A DNA stretch of 64,000 bases, from positions 21,106-85,105 of the forward strand of contig CAWCBS010000014.1 of NCBI GenBank assembly GCA_963793875.1. Reading direction: 5' to 3'. Of this stretch, positions 9,572 to 19,443 are shown piece by piece (the first letter of the stretch is position 1; each line of letters opens with the position of its first letter). The position numbers and the translations under genes are program-made. The notes beneath the pieces were generated by a model. It was not told the DNA's origin. It did not search any database and saw only the letters and a program-made list of their open reading frames with translations. Source of the DNA: an uncultured Chloroflexia bacterium. Its GTDB lineage: Bacteria; Chloroflexota; Dormibacteria; Aeolococcales; Aeolococcaceae.

Positions 9572-10084
9572 CCGCCCTCAGCAGGCGTCGAACTGGTGAG
9601 GTCGGCATCAGCCATGCGCTCCGAGACAGTACCGCGCCGAGGGCTCAGCCGAGACCGTGGGCTGGCGCTTCCTGCTGAGCCCACCGGGGGCCCGGCCCAG
9701 CAGGGCGGCCATCAGCAGGGCGCTGCGCCGCACAGCAGGTCGACGGGGCAGGCCCACCGCCTCGCGGCGGGGCCCGTTTCGCACGCCAATCCCTGACATT
9801 CATGGCAGATGATCGACCGCGCACCCCGCGCAACGACCCCCACGGGCGGTCCACGTGGTCAGCCTCGGGAGCTCCGATCTGCGGGGTCCGTCCATCGCGG
9901 GCCGGGGGAGCAATCCGGCGCGGAGCGAAACCAAAGCCGGTACCGCCCGCGTTCTCCCTCTGGGCACTGTGGCCATGGTGGTCGCCGGCGCCGCTCCGCA
10001 CGGGAAGGCCCGGACGGAGGGGTCGCGATCAGCCTGGGCCACGTCGGCCGCCCGCCGAGCCTGCCCACGAGGAATGGAGAACTG

Positions 10085-12385
10085 ATGTTGGATGGTCCGA
10101 GGCAGGGCATCGACCCGGGGGACCGGCTGGACGCCCGCGAGCAGGGCTCGGAGCGTGCTGCCACGCAGCCCGCCGGGGTCGGCCCGGAACCCGGCCGGCC
10201 CTATCGTCGTCGCGCCGGCCTGCGGCCACGCCCGCGCGGGCGCGTGGGCCGCTGGTGGCGCGGCCGTTCCCCCCTGCGCCGCGGGTTCTTGCTCGCGGGG
10301 GGCGCGGTCGTGGGCGTCGTCGCCATCCTCGGAGGATTGATCCTCTACGCGGCGCTGACCCTGCCCAACCTCGACGCCATCGGCGCGGCCACCGGCACCA
10401 TCCGGATCCTGGATCGCGACGGGAGGCTGCTGGGCGAGGTCGGTGACAACGGGGAGCAGCGCGCCGACGTCCCGCTCCAGCAGATCGCCCCGGTGATGCA
10501 GGAGGCGATCATCGCGGCCGAGGACCGGAACTTCTACTCCGAGGGCGCATTGGACCCCGCGCGAGTCCTCAAGGCGCTGGTCGTGGACGTCATCCTCCGC
10601 AGTCCCGCCCAGGGCGCGAGCACACTCACCGAGCAGGTCGCCAAGGAGGCGTTCTACGGCCAGGCCGCCGAGAAGTCGGTGCTGCTCAAGGTGCGCGAGG
10701 CCCTGCTCGCGCAGGAGCTGACCGGTCAGTACACCAAGCCGCAGATCCTCGACATGTACCTGAACCTCACGTACTTCGGAGAGGACGCCTACGGCGTTCA
10801 GGAGGCGGCGGAACGCTACTTCGGCAAGCCAGCCTCCCAACTCGACCTGAGGGAGGCGGCGATGCTCGCCGGCCTCCCCCAGGCACCGTCGTCGTACGAC
10901 CCGTTCGTCAACCCCGACGGCGCCTACAGCCGGATGGACTACGTGCTGAGCGCGCTGGTCGCGTCCGGCAAGATCAGCCAGGCCGCGGCTCGCGCGGTTG
11001 ACCCGCTCAACCCCGATGGCAGCCCCGACCCGACCACCCAGGCGGCGATCCAGGCCGATCTGGCGCACGGGCAGGCGCCGCAGGTCGGCCCGGCTCCCCA
11101 CTTCGTGCAGTACGTCGAGGACGAGCTGCCCCAGCTCCTTGAGGATGAGCCGGGCGCCTTCCACGGCAGCCTGACGGTGACGACCAGCCTCGACCTCACC
11201 TACCAGGAGGACGCCGACAGCGCGGTGCAGGAGGGGCTGCCCAGGATGGGCGGCGGGGCCAACAACGCGGCCCTGCTGATGATGGATCCGAGCAACGGCC
11301 AGGTGCTGGCCTGGGTGGGATCGGCGAACTATGACAATCCGGCGATCGATGGCCAGGACGATTTTGTCACCCTGGACGGACTGCAGCCGGGCTCGTCCTT
11401 CAAACCCTACGTCTACGAGACCGGTTTCCAGGACGGCACCCTCACACCCAACACCGTCCTCCAGGACACCGCCGCGGAGTCCAGGGCGCTCGGCGGCGTC
11501 CAGGACTGGGACCGGGAGTACGAGGGCGGGATCACTGCGGCCACCGCGCTGCTCCACTCCCGCAACATCCCGACCGAGCAGGCCGCCCAGATGATCGGGA
11601 TGGCCAAGATCATCGCCTTCGCTCACTCCGTGGGGGTGAGCACACCGATCGCAGACGACCTGAGCTCAGCGATCGGGACCTCGGCGACCTCGGTCCTGGA
11701 CCAGGCGGTTGGCTACTCCGCCTTCGCCAACGGTGGGCACACGGTGACCCCGCAGACGATCCTGAAGGTCACCGACGCGAGCGGCGACGTGCTCTGGAGC
11801 GCCCCCGCCACCGATCCCGGTCAGCGCCAGGTGATGACCGCCGCCCAGGCCTGGGCCATCACCCAGATCCTGCTTCACTACCCCGCCTACTGGGGGCTGG
11901 GCTTCCGCTGGACCACGGCCGGGAAGTCGGGAACGACGGACAGCTACCTGGACGCCTGGTACATGGCGTACACCCCGAGCTGGGTGGTGGCCACCTGGGT
12001 GGGCAACACCGATGGGGCCGAGAACCGGCAGGTGCCGATGGACGACATCTTCGGGACCACCGGGCCGGCGCGGTACATCGACGAGCCCTTCATCCACTCG
12101 CTGCCGCGGCCGGAGGCCTTCGCGCCGCCCGCCGGGGCCCTCCCCGACTGCTCCAGCGGCGGAGCATCGACCTGCTCCACGCCGACCCCCTCGCCCACGG
12201 CGAGCCCCAGCCCGACGGTGTCGCCAAGCCCCGGCGCCACCCCCACCGGATCGCCGACCCCGTCGCCCAGCCCGTCGCCGTCCGCCGCCCCCAGCCCCAC
12301 TCCGGCACCCGCTCCCACCCCTGGAAGCACCCCGGCCTCGCTGACAGGCTACGAGGCCCGCGCGGGCGGCAGGCCGAGGTCCTGA
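10085..12385 (+). CDS. class A penicillin-binding protein (transglycosylase/transpeptidase) with a PST-rich C-terminal tail
   Basis: GT51 motifs EDRNFYSEGALD and GASTLTEQ, and transpeptidase SSFKP. One TM follows the cytoplasmic tail. ATG 10085 is preceded by GGAG. The upstream part of ORF 9809 is not protein-like. Confidence 0.9.
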   Translation: MLDGPRQGIDPGDRLDAREQGSERAATQPAGVGPEPGRPYRRRAGLRPRPRGRVGRWWRGRSPLRRGFLLAGGAVVGVVAILGGLILYAALTLPNLDAIGAATGTIRILDRDGRLLGEVGDNGEQRADVPLQQIAPVMQEAIIAAEDRNFYSEGALDPARVLKALVVDVILRSPAQGASTLTEQVAKEAFYGQAAEKSVLLKVREALLAQELTGQYTKPQILDMYLNLTYFGEDAYGVQEAAERYFGKPASQLDLREAAMLAGLPQAPSSYDPFVNPDGAYSRMDYVLSALVASGKISQAAARAVDPLNPDGSPDPTTQAAIQADLAHGQAPQVGPAPHFVQYVEDELPQLLEDEPGAFHGSLTVTTSLDLTYQEDADSAVQEGLPRMGGGANNAALLMMDPSNGQVLAWVGSANYDNPAIDGQDDFVTLDGLQPGSSFKPYVYETGFQDGTLTPNTVLQDTAAESRALGGVQDWDREYEGGITAATALLHSRNIPTEQAAQMIGMAKIIAFAHSVGVSTPIADDLSSAIGTSATSVLDQAVGYSAFANGGHTVTPQTILKVTDASGDVLWSAPATDPGQRQVMTAAQAWAITQILLHYPAYWGLGFRWTTAGKSGTTDSYLDAWYMAYTPSWVVATWVGNTDGAENRQVPMDDIFGTTGPARYIDEPFIHSLPRPEAFAPPAGALPDCSSGGASTCSTPTPSPTASPSPTVSPSPGATPTGSPTPSPSPSPSAAPSPTPAPAPTPGSTPASLTGYEARAGGRPRS

Positions 12386-12591
12386 TCGCTCCGTCGCTGG
12401 CGGCGTGACCCCACCACACTCATGCTGGCGGCGACGGCCGCGGGTCGAACCATCTACGTGGGTCACCTCAAGCCGGCTGAGGAGCTCGCGCCTGAGGGGC
12501 GGGCGTAGGATCGGGAGGATCGGAACGCGGGAGCAAGCGCCGTCGCCACCCGGTGGCGGCCTGCCGGTGTTCCGGGGGAGGAGGAGGTCGC

Positions 12592-13986
12592 ATGGGTGCC
12601 GCAGCGAGTGCCTACGACGGCGCACTGGACCGTGCCAGCGCCCACGCCCGGCGTTGGCTGGCATCGATCGGGACCCGCCGGGTCGGGCCGGTGGCGTCCG
12701 CCGATGAGATCTCGGCGCAGCTGGGTGGTCCCCTGCCCGCCCACGCGACTTCGCCCGAGGAGGTGATCGACCGGCTCGCCACGGTCGGCGAGCCAGGGTT
12801 GATGGCCATCGGGTCGGGTCGGTTCTACGGCTGGGTGATGGGCGGGGTCCTGCCGGCGGCCCTCGGGGCCGACTGGCTGGTCAGCGCCTGGGATCAGAAC
12901 ACCGGCCTGCGCTACGCGACCCCGGCGACCGCCGCCGCCGAGGAGGTCGCGGCGTCCTGGCTGCTGGATCTGCTCGGGCTCCCGGCGACCGCGGACGTCG
13001 GCTTCGTGACGGGCGGGATGATGGCCAACTTCTCCTGCCTGGCCGCCGCGCGGACGGCCGTGCTGACGCGGGTCGGGTGGGATCTCAACCGCCTGGGGCT
13101 GACGGCGGCGCCCCGGGTGCGCGTGCTCTGCGGCGCGGAGCGCCACGAGACGATCGACATCGCCCTTCGCTACCTCGGCCTCGGAGCGCCCGAGCTGGTC
13201 GAGGTCGACGCGCAGGGCCGGCTGCAGCCCCAGGCTTTGGAGGCGAGGCTGGCGGGCATCGAGGAGGGAAGCCCGGTCATCGTCTGCCTCCAGGCCGGGA
13301 ACGTGCACTCGGGGGCGTTCGATCCGATCGAGAAGGCGACCGGGCTTGCTCACGCCAGGGGAGCGTGGGTGCACGTGGACGGGGCGTTCGGCCTCTGGGC
13401 GGCCGCGGCGCCTCCGCTCCGCCGCCTGGTGGCGGGGCTGGCGGAGGTGGACTCGTGCTCGACCGACGCCCACAAGACGCTCAACGTCCCCTTCGACAGC
13501 GGCATCGCCATCGTGATGGACCCGGTCCCGCTGCGCACCATCATGGGAGCCCATGGGAGCTACCTCATCACCGATCAGCACGGTCGAGGCGACCCGATTG
13601 CCAAGGTGCCCGAGTACTCGCGGCGAGCCCGGGGCGTTCCGGTGTGGGCGGCCCTCATGTCGCTCGGGCGGAACGGGGTGGCCGGCCTCGTGGAGCGGAT
13701 GGTCGAGAACGCCCGAGCGATCGCCGGGCGTCTCGCCGAGATCGATGGCGTCACCGTCCTCAATGACGTCGTATACACGCAGGTTTGCCTCGCCATCGGG
13801 GATGAGGAGACCACCCGCGCCGCCACCGCGAAGCTGATCGCCGGCGGCACCGTCTGGATGTCCGGTTCGCACTGGCAGGGCCGGGAGGTGCTGCGCATCT
13901 CGATGAGCAACTGGTCCACGGATGCCGATGACATCGAGCGGTCGGTGACCGCGGTCCGTGATGCGGTGGCGGCGGTCCGCCGATGA
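12592..13986 (+). CDS. PLP-dependent decarboxylase (group II, aspartate aminotransferase fold)
   Basis: PLP lysine context STDAHKTLNVPFDSG plus GGMMANF. A strong RBS (GGGGGAGGAGGAGG) precedes ATG 12592. Confidence 0.85.
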   Translation: MGAAASAYDGALDRASAHARRWLASIGTRRVGPVASADEISAQLGGPLPAHATSPEEVIDRLATVGEPGLMAIGSGRFYGWVMGGVLPAALGADWLVSAWDQNTGLRYATPATAAAEEVAASWLLDLLGLPATADVGFVTGGMMANFSCLAAARTAVLTRVGWDLNRLGLTAAPRVRVLCGAERHETIDIALRYLGLGAPELVEVDAQGRLQPQALEARLAGIEEGSPVIVCLQAGNVHSGAFDPIEKATGLAHARGAWVHVDGAFGLWAAAAPPLRRLVAGLAEVDSCSTDAHKTLNVPFDSGIAIVMDPVPLRTIMGAHGSYLITDQHGRGDPIAKVPEYSRRARGVPVWAALMSLGRNGVAGLVERMVENARAIAGRLAEIDGVTVLNDVVYTQVCLAIGDEETTRAATAKLIAGGTVWMSGSHWQGREVLRISMSNWSTDADDIERSVTAVRDAVAAVRR

Positions 13987-14204
13987 AGAGGAGCGTCTGG
14001 GCCGCCGGCACTCTGGCTTCGACCTGACGGCTGCGACCGTTCTCCAGGGGCGGAGCGACCGCTTCGATCAGAGCCTCGTGCCGCTCGAAGAGCGTCCGCT
14101 CCGGGTCGCGTCCAGGGACGCGCTGATCATCTTCCGCGACGCGCCGCCCCTTGCTACCCTCTGTGTGCCGACGGTGAGGTGGGTGCTTCCGAGGGGAGGA
14201 GCGG

Positions 14205-15425
14205 ATGGCCGGCGAATACGCGGTCCGGACCAGCGGGACAGACGGGCGCCTCTTCGCCGACCCCCAGCCCGGGCCTGACGAGACCAGCTTCCAGGTCGAC
14301 AACACCAGCGAGCAGTACTACAACTCGCCCTACTACAAGCTGCACCAGAGCCAGCTCCAGCCCGTGCCGGCGCCGCGCGTCGATCCGCCGCGCATGCAGC
14401 TGGCCGACGTCCTGCCCGCCGCGATGATCACCCAGATCCAATCGACCGGTCGGATCACGTTCCACGCCGTCGGCGACACCGGTGCCGCCCAGTCACGGGC
14501 GATCCCCAACGAGGCGGGCGTCGCTGACTCCATGGCCAAGGATGTGGCGGCGGGCGGCCCGGAGACACCCGCGTTCTTCTTCCACCTCGGCGACGTGATC
14601 TACAACTTCGGCGAGGCCGAGTACTACTACGACCAGTTCTACGAGCCCTTCCGGGCCTACGATCGGCCGATCTTCGCGATCCCCGGCAACCACGACGGCT
14701 TCCCGGAGTCGGTGGCGGTGACGACGCTGGCGGCGTTTCTCACCAACTTCTGCGCGGTAGATCCGGGCCCCTCGCCCAACTCCGGGGGCCTGGTGCGGAG
14801 CACCATGACCCAGCCCGGCGTCTACTTCACCCTGGATGCGCCCCTCGTCTCGATCATCGGCCTCTACACCAACGTGCTGGAGGGCCCCGGGGTGATCTCC
14901 ACCCAGGGCGGGACCTACTCCAGCCCCATCAACGACGACCAGCTCAACTTCCTGATCTCCGAGCTGAGCCGGCTCAAGACCGACCCCGATCGGCTGGCCA
15001 ACCGCCGCGCTGTGGTGATCGCCTGCCATCACCCGCCCGCCTCCGCCGATGAGAGCCACGGCGGCTCGACCGGGCTGTCGGCGGACATCGACCGCGCCTG
15101 CCAGACGGCCGGCATCTGGCCGGACGCTGTTCTCTCCGGCCACGCCCATCTTTACCAGCGCTTCACGCGGAGCACCGGCACCGTGGAGATCCCGTATGTG
15201 GTGTCGGGGAGCGGCGGCTACGGCCTCACGTCGCCGCGCAGCCAGTACCCATCGGGATCGGCAGGCGGCTTTACCCTCGCGGCCGGACCGTTGATGGACT
15301 ACGGCTACCTGGTCGTCACCGTCGACGCCACCGCAAGCCCGGCGATGACCATCAGCTTCCGCGCCACCAGTGGCTCGAGTGAACAGGACAGCGTCAGGGT
15401 GGACCTGACGCGCCATTCCATCTGA
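14205..15425 (+). CDS. metallophosphoesterase (calcineurin-like)
   Basis: Motifs HAVGDTG, HLGDVIY, IPGNHD and GHAHLY are present. Confidence 0.8.
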   Translation: MAGEYAVRTSGTDGRLFADPQPGPDETSFQVDNTSEQYYNSPYYKLHQSQLQPVPAPRVDPPRMQLADVLPAAMITQIQSTGRITFHAVGDTGAAQSRAIPNEAGVADSMAKDVAAGGPETPAFFFHLGDVIYNFGEAEYYYDQFYEPFRAYDRPIFAIPGNHDGFPESVAVTTLAAFLTNFCAVDPGPSPNSGGLVRSTMTQPGVYFTLDAPLVSIIGLYTNVLEGPGVISTQGGTYSSPINDDQLNFLISELSRLKTDPDRLANRRAVVIACHHPPASADESHGGSTGLSADIDRACQTAGIWPDAVLSGHAHLYQRFTRSTGTVEIPYVVSGSGGYGLTSPRSQYPSGSAGGFTLAAGPLMDYGYLVVTVDATASPAMTISFRATSGSSEQDSVRVDLTRHSI

Positions 15426-15431
15426 GGCGCG

Positions 15432-16667
15432 GTGACGCCGCCCGTGCCCACTGACCCCGCCGGCGCCAACCGCGGCCTGAGGCTCGCGGAGCTGCTGGCC
15501 ACGGTGTCCCTGGCCAGCGATCTCGCCCATGACGTGCCCGCCGAGAGCGCCCTGCGAGACGCCCTGCTGGCGGTCCAGCTGGGGCGGCTCGCCGGCTGGT
15601 CGGACCAGGAACTCGGCGACGTCTACTACCTCGCCCTGCTCTACCACGTCGGCTGCACCGGGGCGGTGGATGCCCAGAGCAGGTTCGGGGCCGGAGACGA
15701 CGTCAGCGTGCGCAACTGGATGTCGGCCGCCGACCTGGCCGACCGGCCCGAGCTCATGCGCACCGCGGTCACCAAGCTGGCTCGACAGTGGGGACCGGTG
15801 GATTGGGCGCGCGGGCTGGCCGCCTTCGTGACCGGGGGAAAGAGCGTCCCCGAGGCCTTTGCCAACATCGCCGAGGTGGCGATGAGACTAGCCCACCGGC
15901 TGGGCGCCAGCCCTGCGGTGGTCGCCGCACTGCACGACGCCTACGCCCGGTGGGACGGCAAGGTCTTTCGCAATCTGCCGAAGGAGGAGGGCCTGCCGGC
16001 GATCGGACGGCTCGTCCACCTGGTCCACGTGGCTCAGACCTATCACCGCGCCGGAGGCCTGGAGGCCGCCGACAAGGTGGTGCGAGAGCGAGCCGGGAGC
16101 GAGTTCGACCCCGGACTGGCAGCCCTCTGGCTCGAGGCCAGCGGACGGGTCCTGCCCTCGGTCGTGGGCCCGTCGGTGTGGGACGATGCACTCGCCGCCG
16201 AACCGGCGCCCCATCGCCGGGTCAGTCCCGCCCACCTCGAGGAGGTGGGACGAGCGCTGGCCGACTTCGTCGACCTCAAGTCCTCCTATACGCACGGGCA
16301 CTCGGGACGCCTGGCCACCCTGGTCGCAGCCGCCGGGGACGCGGCGGGCATGGCGGCAACGGATGTCACCACCCTGCGGACGGCGGCGCAGATCCACGAC
16401 CTGGGCAACCTCAGCGTGCCCAACCAGGTGTGGATCAAGCGGGAGAAGCTGAACCCCGCGGAGTGGTCGCGAGTGCGCCTCCACCCCCACCACAGCCAGC
16501 GCATCACGAGCGTCTGCCAACCGCTGCGAGCGGCCGGCGAAGTTGCCGGCGCCCACCACGAGCGTGGCGATGGCTCCGGTTATCACCGTGGTCTCCCCGC
16601 AGCGGCGATACCCTTCACGGCCCGCATCCTGGCGGCTGCCGAGGCGTACCAGTCGATGACCGAGTAG
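15432..16667 (+). CDS. HD-GYP domain protein, ends at in-frame TAG 16665-16667
   Basis: HD motif (IHDLGN) and HHERGDGSGYHRG (the GYP region). See the first finding: the frame continues into a LuxR HTH. Confidence 0.8.
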   Translation: MTPPVPTDPAGANRGLRLAELLATVSLASDLAHDVPAESALRDALLAVQLGRLAGWSDQELGDVYYLALLYHVGCTGAVDAQSRFGAGDDVSVRNWMSAADLADRPELMRTAVTKLARQWGPVDWARGLAAFVTGGKSVPEAFANIAEVAMRLAHRLGASPAVVAALHDAYARWDGKVFRNLPKEEGLPAIGRLVHLVHVAQTYHRAGGLEAADKVVRERAGSEFDPGLAALWLEASGRVLPSVVGPSVWDDALAAEPAPHRRVSPAHLEEVGRALADFVDLKSSYTHGHSGRLATLVAAAGDAAGMAATDVTTLRTAAQIHDLGNLSVPNQVWIKREKLNPAEWSRVRLHPHHSQRITSVCQPLRAAGEVAGAHHERGDGSGYHRGLPAAAIPFTARILAAAEAYQSMTE

Positions 16668-16754
16668 CGCGCATGGCGGCCGGGACTGGCCAGCGCAGCT
16701 GCGGCGGAAGCCCTTCGCCGCGACGTCGCGGCCAGACTGCTCGATCGCCGCGCC

Positions 16755-17039
16755 GTGGACGCGGTGCTGGCCGCCGCCGGCCACCGGGCGGCATCGGGCC
16801 GTGCCGCTCGCTCCTGGCCGGCTGGGCTGACCGACCGCGAGGTGGAGGTCCTGCGGCGGCTGGCTCGAGGCGAGACCAACCGGCAGATGGCCGGCGGGCT
16901 TCACATCTCCGAGGCCACCGTCCACACCCACGTGGTCAACCTGTACGGGAAGCTCGAGGTGAGCACCCGAGCCGGCGCCACCCTCTTCGCCCTGGAGCAC
17001 GATCTGATCGAGGTCTCGCCCACTCGAAAGATCGACTGA
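16755..17039 (+). CDS. LuxR-type HTH module; probably the C-terminal domain of the upstream HD-GYP protein rather than a separate gene
   Basis: LTDREVEVLRRLARGETNRQMAGGLHISEATVHTHVVNLYGKLEV. It is in the same frame as 15432-16667. The frame is open and codon-biased from 16668, and there is no RBS or ATG before the GTG at 16755. Confidence 0.55.
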   Translation: MDAVLAAAGHRAASGRAARSWPAGLTDREVEVLRRLARGETNRQMAGGLHISEATVHTHVVNLYGKLEVSTRAGATLFALEHDLIEVSPTRKID

Positions 17040-17134
17040 ACGGTTGATGCGCCGCGTCTGGCCGGCTCCTAGCCTGGGTGTCATCCCAGCACCGAGAAGT
17101 CATCGGCAGCCGGGAAACGCGGGAGAGAAGGCGA

Positions 17135-17782
17135 ATGGCGCAGCGACCGGCGACGATGCGACTGTCGCGGCGGTGTGCCGCCCCGCCGGAGGCGGTCTAC
17201 GACCTGCTCGCGGATCTCGGCGCGCACCTGCGATGGGGCGGGGCGGAGCAGGCCGGCAACCACCGGCTGCTTTCGCTGGACGCCCCTGGGGGGCCCGCTG
17301 TCCCGGGCACCGTCTTCTTGACCAGCGGGGCCATTCCGATGTCCGTCCGGCGATGGCAGGACATCTCGACGGTGACCTCGGCGCTGCGCCCCCTGACCTT
17401 CGCCTTCGTGACCGAGGCCACGGTGGCTCGCCGCGGTCGACCCCTGCGGGCGCGATATCTCCACAGCTATGCCATCACGTCGTGCGCCAGGGGGTCCCTG
17501 CTCACCTACGAGCTCACTCAGGAGCGGATCACCAATCCATTGCTGAGGCTCGGGCTTCCCGTGATTCGCCGCATCACCTGGAAGGTCGCCCTACCGTGGT
17601 TCGCCGGGCGAGGGTTCTCCAACCTGGTTCGTGACGCCGAATCGGCGGTCGCGGTGCGCCAGCGCCCAGCCCCACTCACCGCCGCCCCACCGTCCGGCGG
17701 CGCACCACCGATCGGTGACCCCCGACCTGAACGGGGCACATCCGCGCCACATCATCTGGAGGTGAATCGACATGGCCGTTGA
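17135..17782 (+). CDS. SRPBCC (START/polyketide-cyclase-like) family protein
   Basis: Length and pattern (CAAPPEAVYDLLADLGAHLRW..) are typical of SRPBCC proteins. ATG 17135 follows GGGAGAGAAGG. Confidence 0.65.
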   Translation: MAQRPATMRLSRRCAAPPEAVYDLLADLGAHLRWGGAEQAGNHRLLSLDAPGGPAVPGTVFLTSGAIPMSVRRWQDISTVTSALRPLTFAFVTEATVARRGRPLRARYLHSYAITSCARGSLLTYELTQERITNPLLRLGLPVIRRITWKVALPWFAGRGFSNLVRDAESAVAVRQRPAPLTAAPPSGGAPPIGDPRPERGTSAPHHLEVNRHGR

Positions 17783-18845
17783 GACCCCGGTTATCGACCA
17801 CGACAAGCTGATGGCCTTCATGGGCCAGGTGGTGGGCGAGCTCGGCGCCGCCGTCAACACTGGTCTGATCGTCATCGGCGACCGGCTTGGTCTGTACCGC
17901 GCCCTGGCCAACTCCGGCCCGCTCACCGCCGGTGAGCTGGCCGCGGCCACCGGAACCACCGAGCGCTACGTCCGCGAATGGCTCAACACCCAGGCGGCCG
18001 GGGGATACGTCGACTACGACCCAAGCGCTGAGCGCTACTCGTTGAGCGCCGAGCAGGCGCTGGCGCTGGCCGACAAGTCCAGCCCCGCATTCGTAGGCGG
18101 AGCCTTCCAACTGGCCCTGGCCACCCTGAAGGCGACCCCCGAGATCGAGAGCGCTTTCCAGACCGGCGGCGGCTACGGCTGGCATCAGCACGACCAGGGC
18201 GTGCATGTTGGCTGTGAGCGCTTCTTCCGGCCCGGCTATAACGCCAACCTGCTCTCCAGCTGGCTCCCCGCCCTGGAGGGTGTCACCGAGAAGCTCCAGG
18301 CCGGAGCTCGGGTGGCCGACGTCGGCTGCGGCCTGGGTGCCACCACCCGGCTGATGGCCTCGGCCTTCCCCCGCTCGACGTTCACGGGATTCGACTATCA
18401 CCAGGGATCGATCGAGCTGGCCCGCCGGGAGACCGAGCAGGCCGGGCTCGACGGGCGGATTCGCTTCGAGGTCGCATCCGCCGCCGGCTTCCCCGGACGC
18501 GGCTACGACCTGGTCACCACCTTCGACTGCCTGCACGACATGGGTGATCCGGTCGGCGCCAGCCGCCATGTCCGTGAGGTGCTCGAGCCGGACGGTACCT
18601 GGATGGTGGTCGAGCCGCTGGCCGGCGACAGCGTCGCGGAGAATCTCAACCCTCTGGGCCGCGCCTATTACGCCTTCTCCACCATGCTCTGCACGCCCAA
18701 CTCGCTGTCACAGGAGGTTGGTCTGGCGCTGGGGGCGCAGGCTGGCGAGGCACGGATCCGCGAGGTGGTGAGAGAGGCCGGCTTCACCCGCTTCCGCCGC
18801 GTCGCCGGCTCGCTGATGAACGCGGTCTACGAGGTCAGGGCATAG
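17772..18845 (+). CDS. class I SAM-dependent methyltransferase
   Basis: Motif I VADVGCGLGA, a post-I acidic residue (GFDYH) and FDCLHDMGDP. There is an N-terminal winged-helix-like dimerisation region. Confidence 0.85.
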   Translation: MAVETPVIDHDKLMAFMGQVVGELGAAVNTGLIVIGDRLGLYRALANSGPLTAGELAAATGTTERYVREWLNTQAAGGYVDYDPSAERYSLSAEQALALADKSSPAFVGGAFQLALATLKATPEIESAFQTGGGYGWHQHDQGVHVGCERFFRPGYNANLLSSWLPALEGVTEKLQAGARVADVGCGLGATTRLMASAFPRSTFTGFDYHQGSIELARRETEQAGLDGRIRFEVASAAGFPGRGYDLVTTFDCLHDMGDPVGASRHVREVLEPDGTWMVVEPLAGDSVAENLNPLGRAYYAFSTMLCTPNSLSQEVGLALGAQAGEARIREVVREAGFTRFRRVAGSLMNAVYEVRA

Positions 18846-18871
18846 CGGCTTCGCGAAGGGGGACCGATTTT

Positions 18872-18910
18872 CGAGGGACGGGGCAGGCCAAGCCGAGCCT
18901 CCGTCCCTCG
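18872..18910 (+). terminator. 10-bp perfect hairpin after the methyltransferase gene
   Basis: CGAGGGACGG (18872-18881) pairs with CCGTCCCTCG (18901-18910). The T-run precedes the stem rather than following it, so function is uncertain. Confidence 0.3.
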
Positions 18911-19131
18911 CGGCCACCTTGGGTAGACGACCTGCCGCTTCCGACGCGCTTCTCGGTGGCCGCGACGGGTTGCTCGCGGCCGAGGTCTCGAAAGCAAGGG
19001 GGGGAGGGGCAGCGCGCCCGGCCATGAGATCAACCGGCCCACCGGCCACCTCGACCGCCGCGCTGGAGGGGGATGATCTGGTCCGGAACGGTGGGACGAC
19101 CGAGCCGGACCCTGGTCGGCGGCGGCAGGAG

Positions 19132-19433
19132 ATGGAAGGCATCAAACTCAACCACGGCGCCCAGATCCGCGGAGCGGGTTTGGGGGTCTTCCAGCAACCC
19201 CCCGACGAGACCCGGGGCGCCGTCCGCGGCGCACTCGATGCCGAGCACCGGCACTTCGACACCTCGGCGGCCCACGGAAGCGCCAGGTCGGCGACGCGGT
19301 CCCGCGCTCCGACGTCGACCGGTCGGAGCCAGTCGTGGAGACCGAGGTCTGGACCAGCGCCCACGGATACGACGAGACCCTGGATGGGGCCCACAGGAGG
19401 ACCGAAGTGAGCCGAGGAGATCCTGATCACTGA
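19132..19433 (+). pseudogene. aldo/keto reductase remnant (N-terminal ~100 codons, frameshifted and truncated)
   Basis: MEGIKLNHGAQIRGAGLGVFQQPPDETRGAVRGALDAEHRHFDTSAAHG aligns with the AKR N-terminus (IKL.G...LGLGV.Q..E..A...AL..GYR.iDTAaaY). The catalytic Tyr position is His. The continuation (QVGDAV..DVDRSEPVVETEVWTSAHGYDETLDG) lies in another frame and stops at 19433. Confidence 0.55.
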
Positions 19434-19443
19434 CCACGACGCG

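Noticed and set aside
9572-10084. The 0.5-kb gap between the PfkB kinase gene and the PBP gene, examined for a missing gene (ORFs 9608-9799, 9645-10001 and the 9809 extension).
   Set aside because: The candidate translations are Arg/Pro/Gly-rich with no consistent GC3 periodicity. The best reading is a long divergent promoter region, with the PBP starting at ATG 10085.
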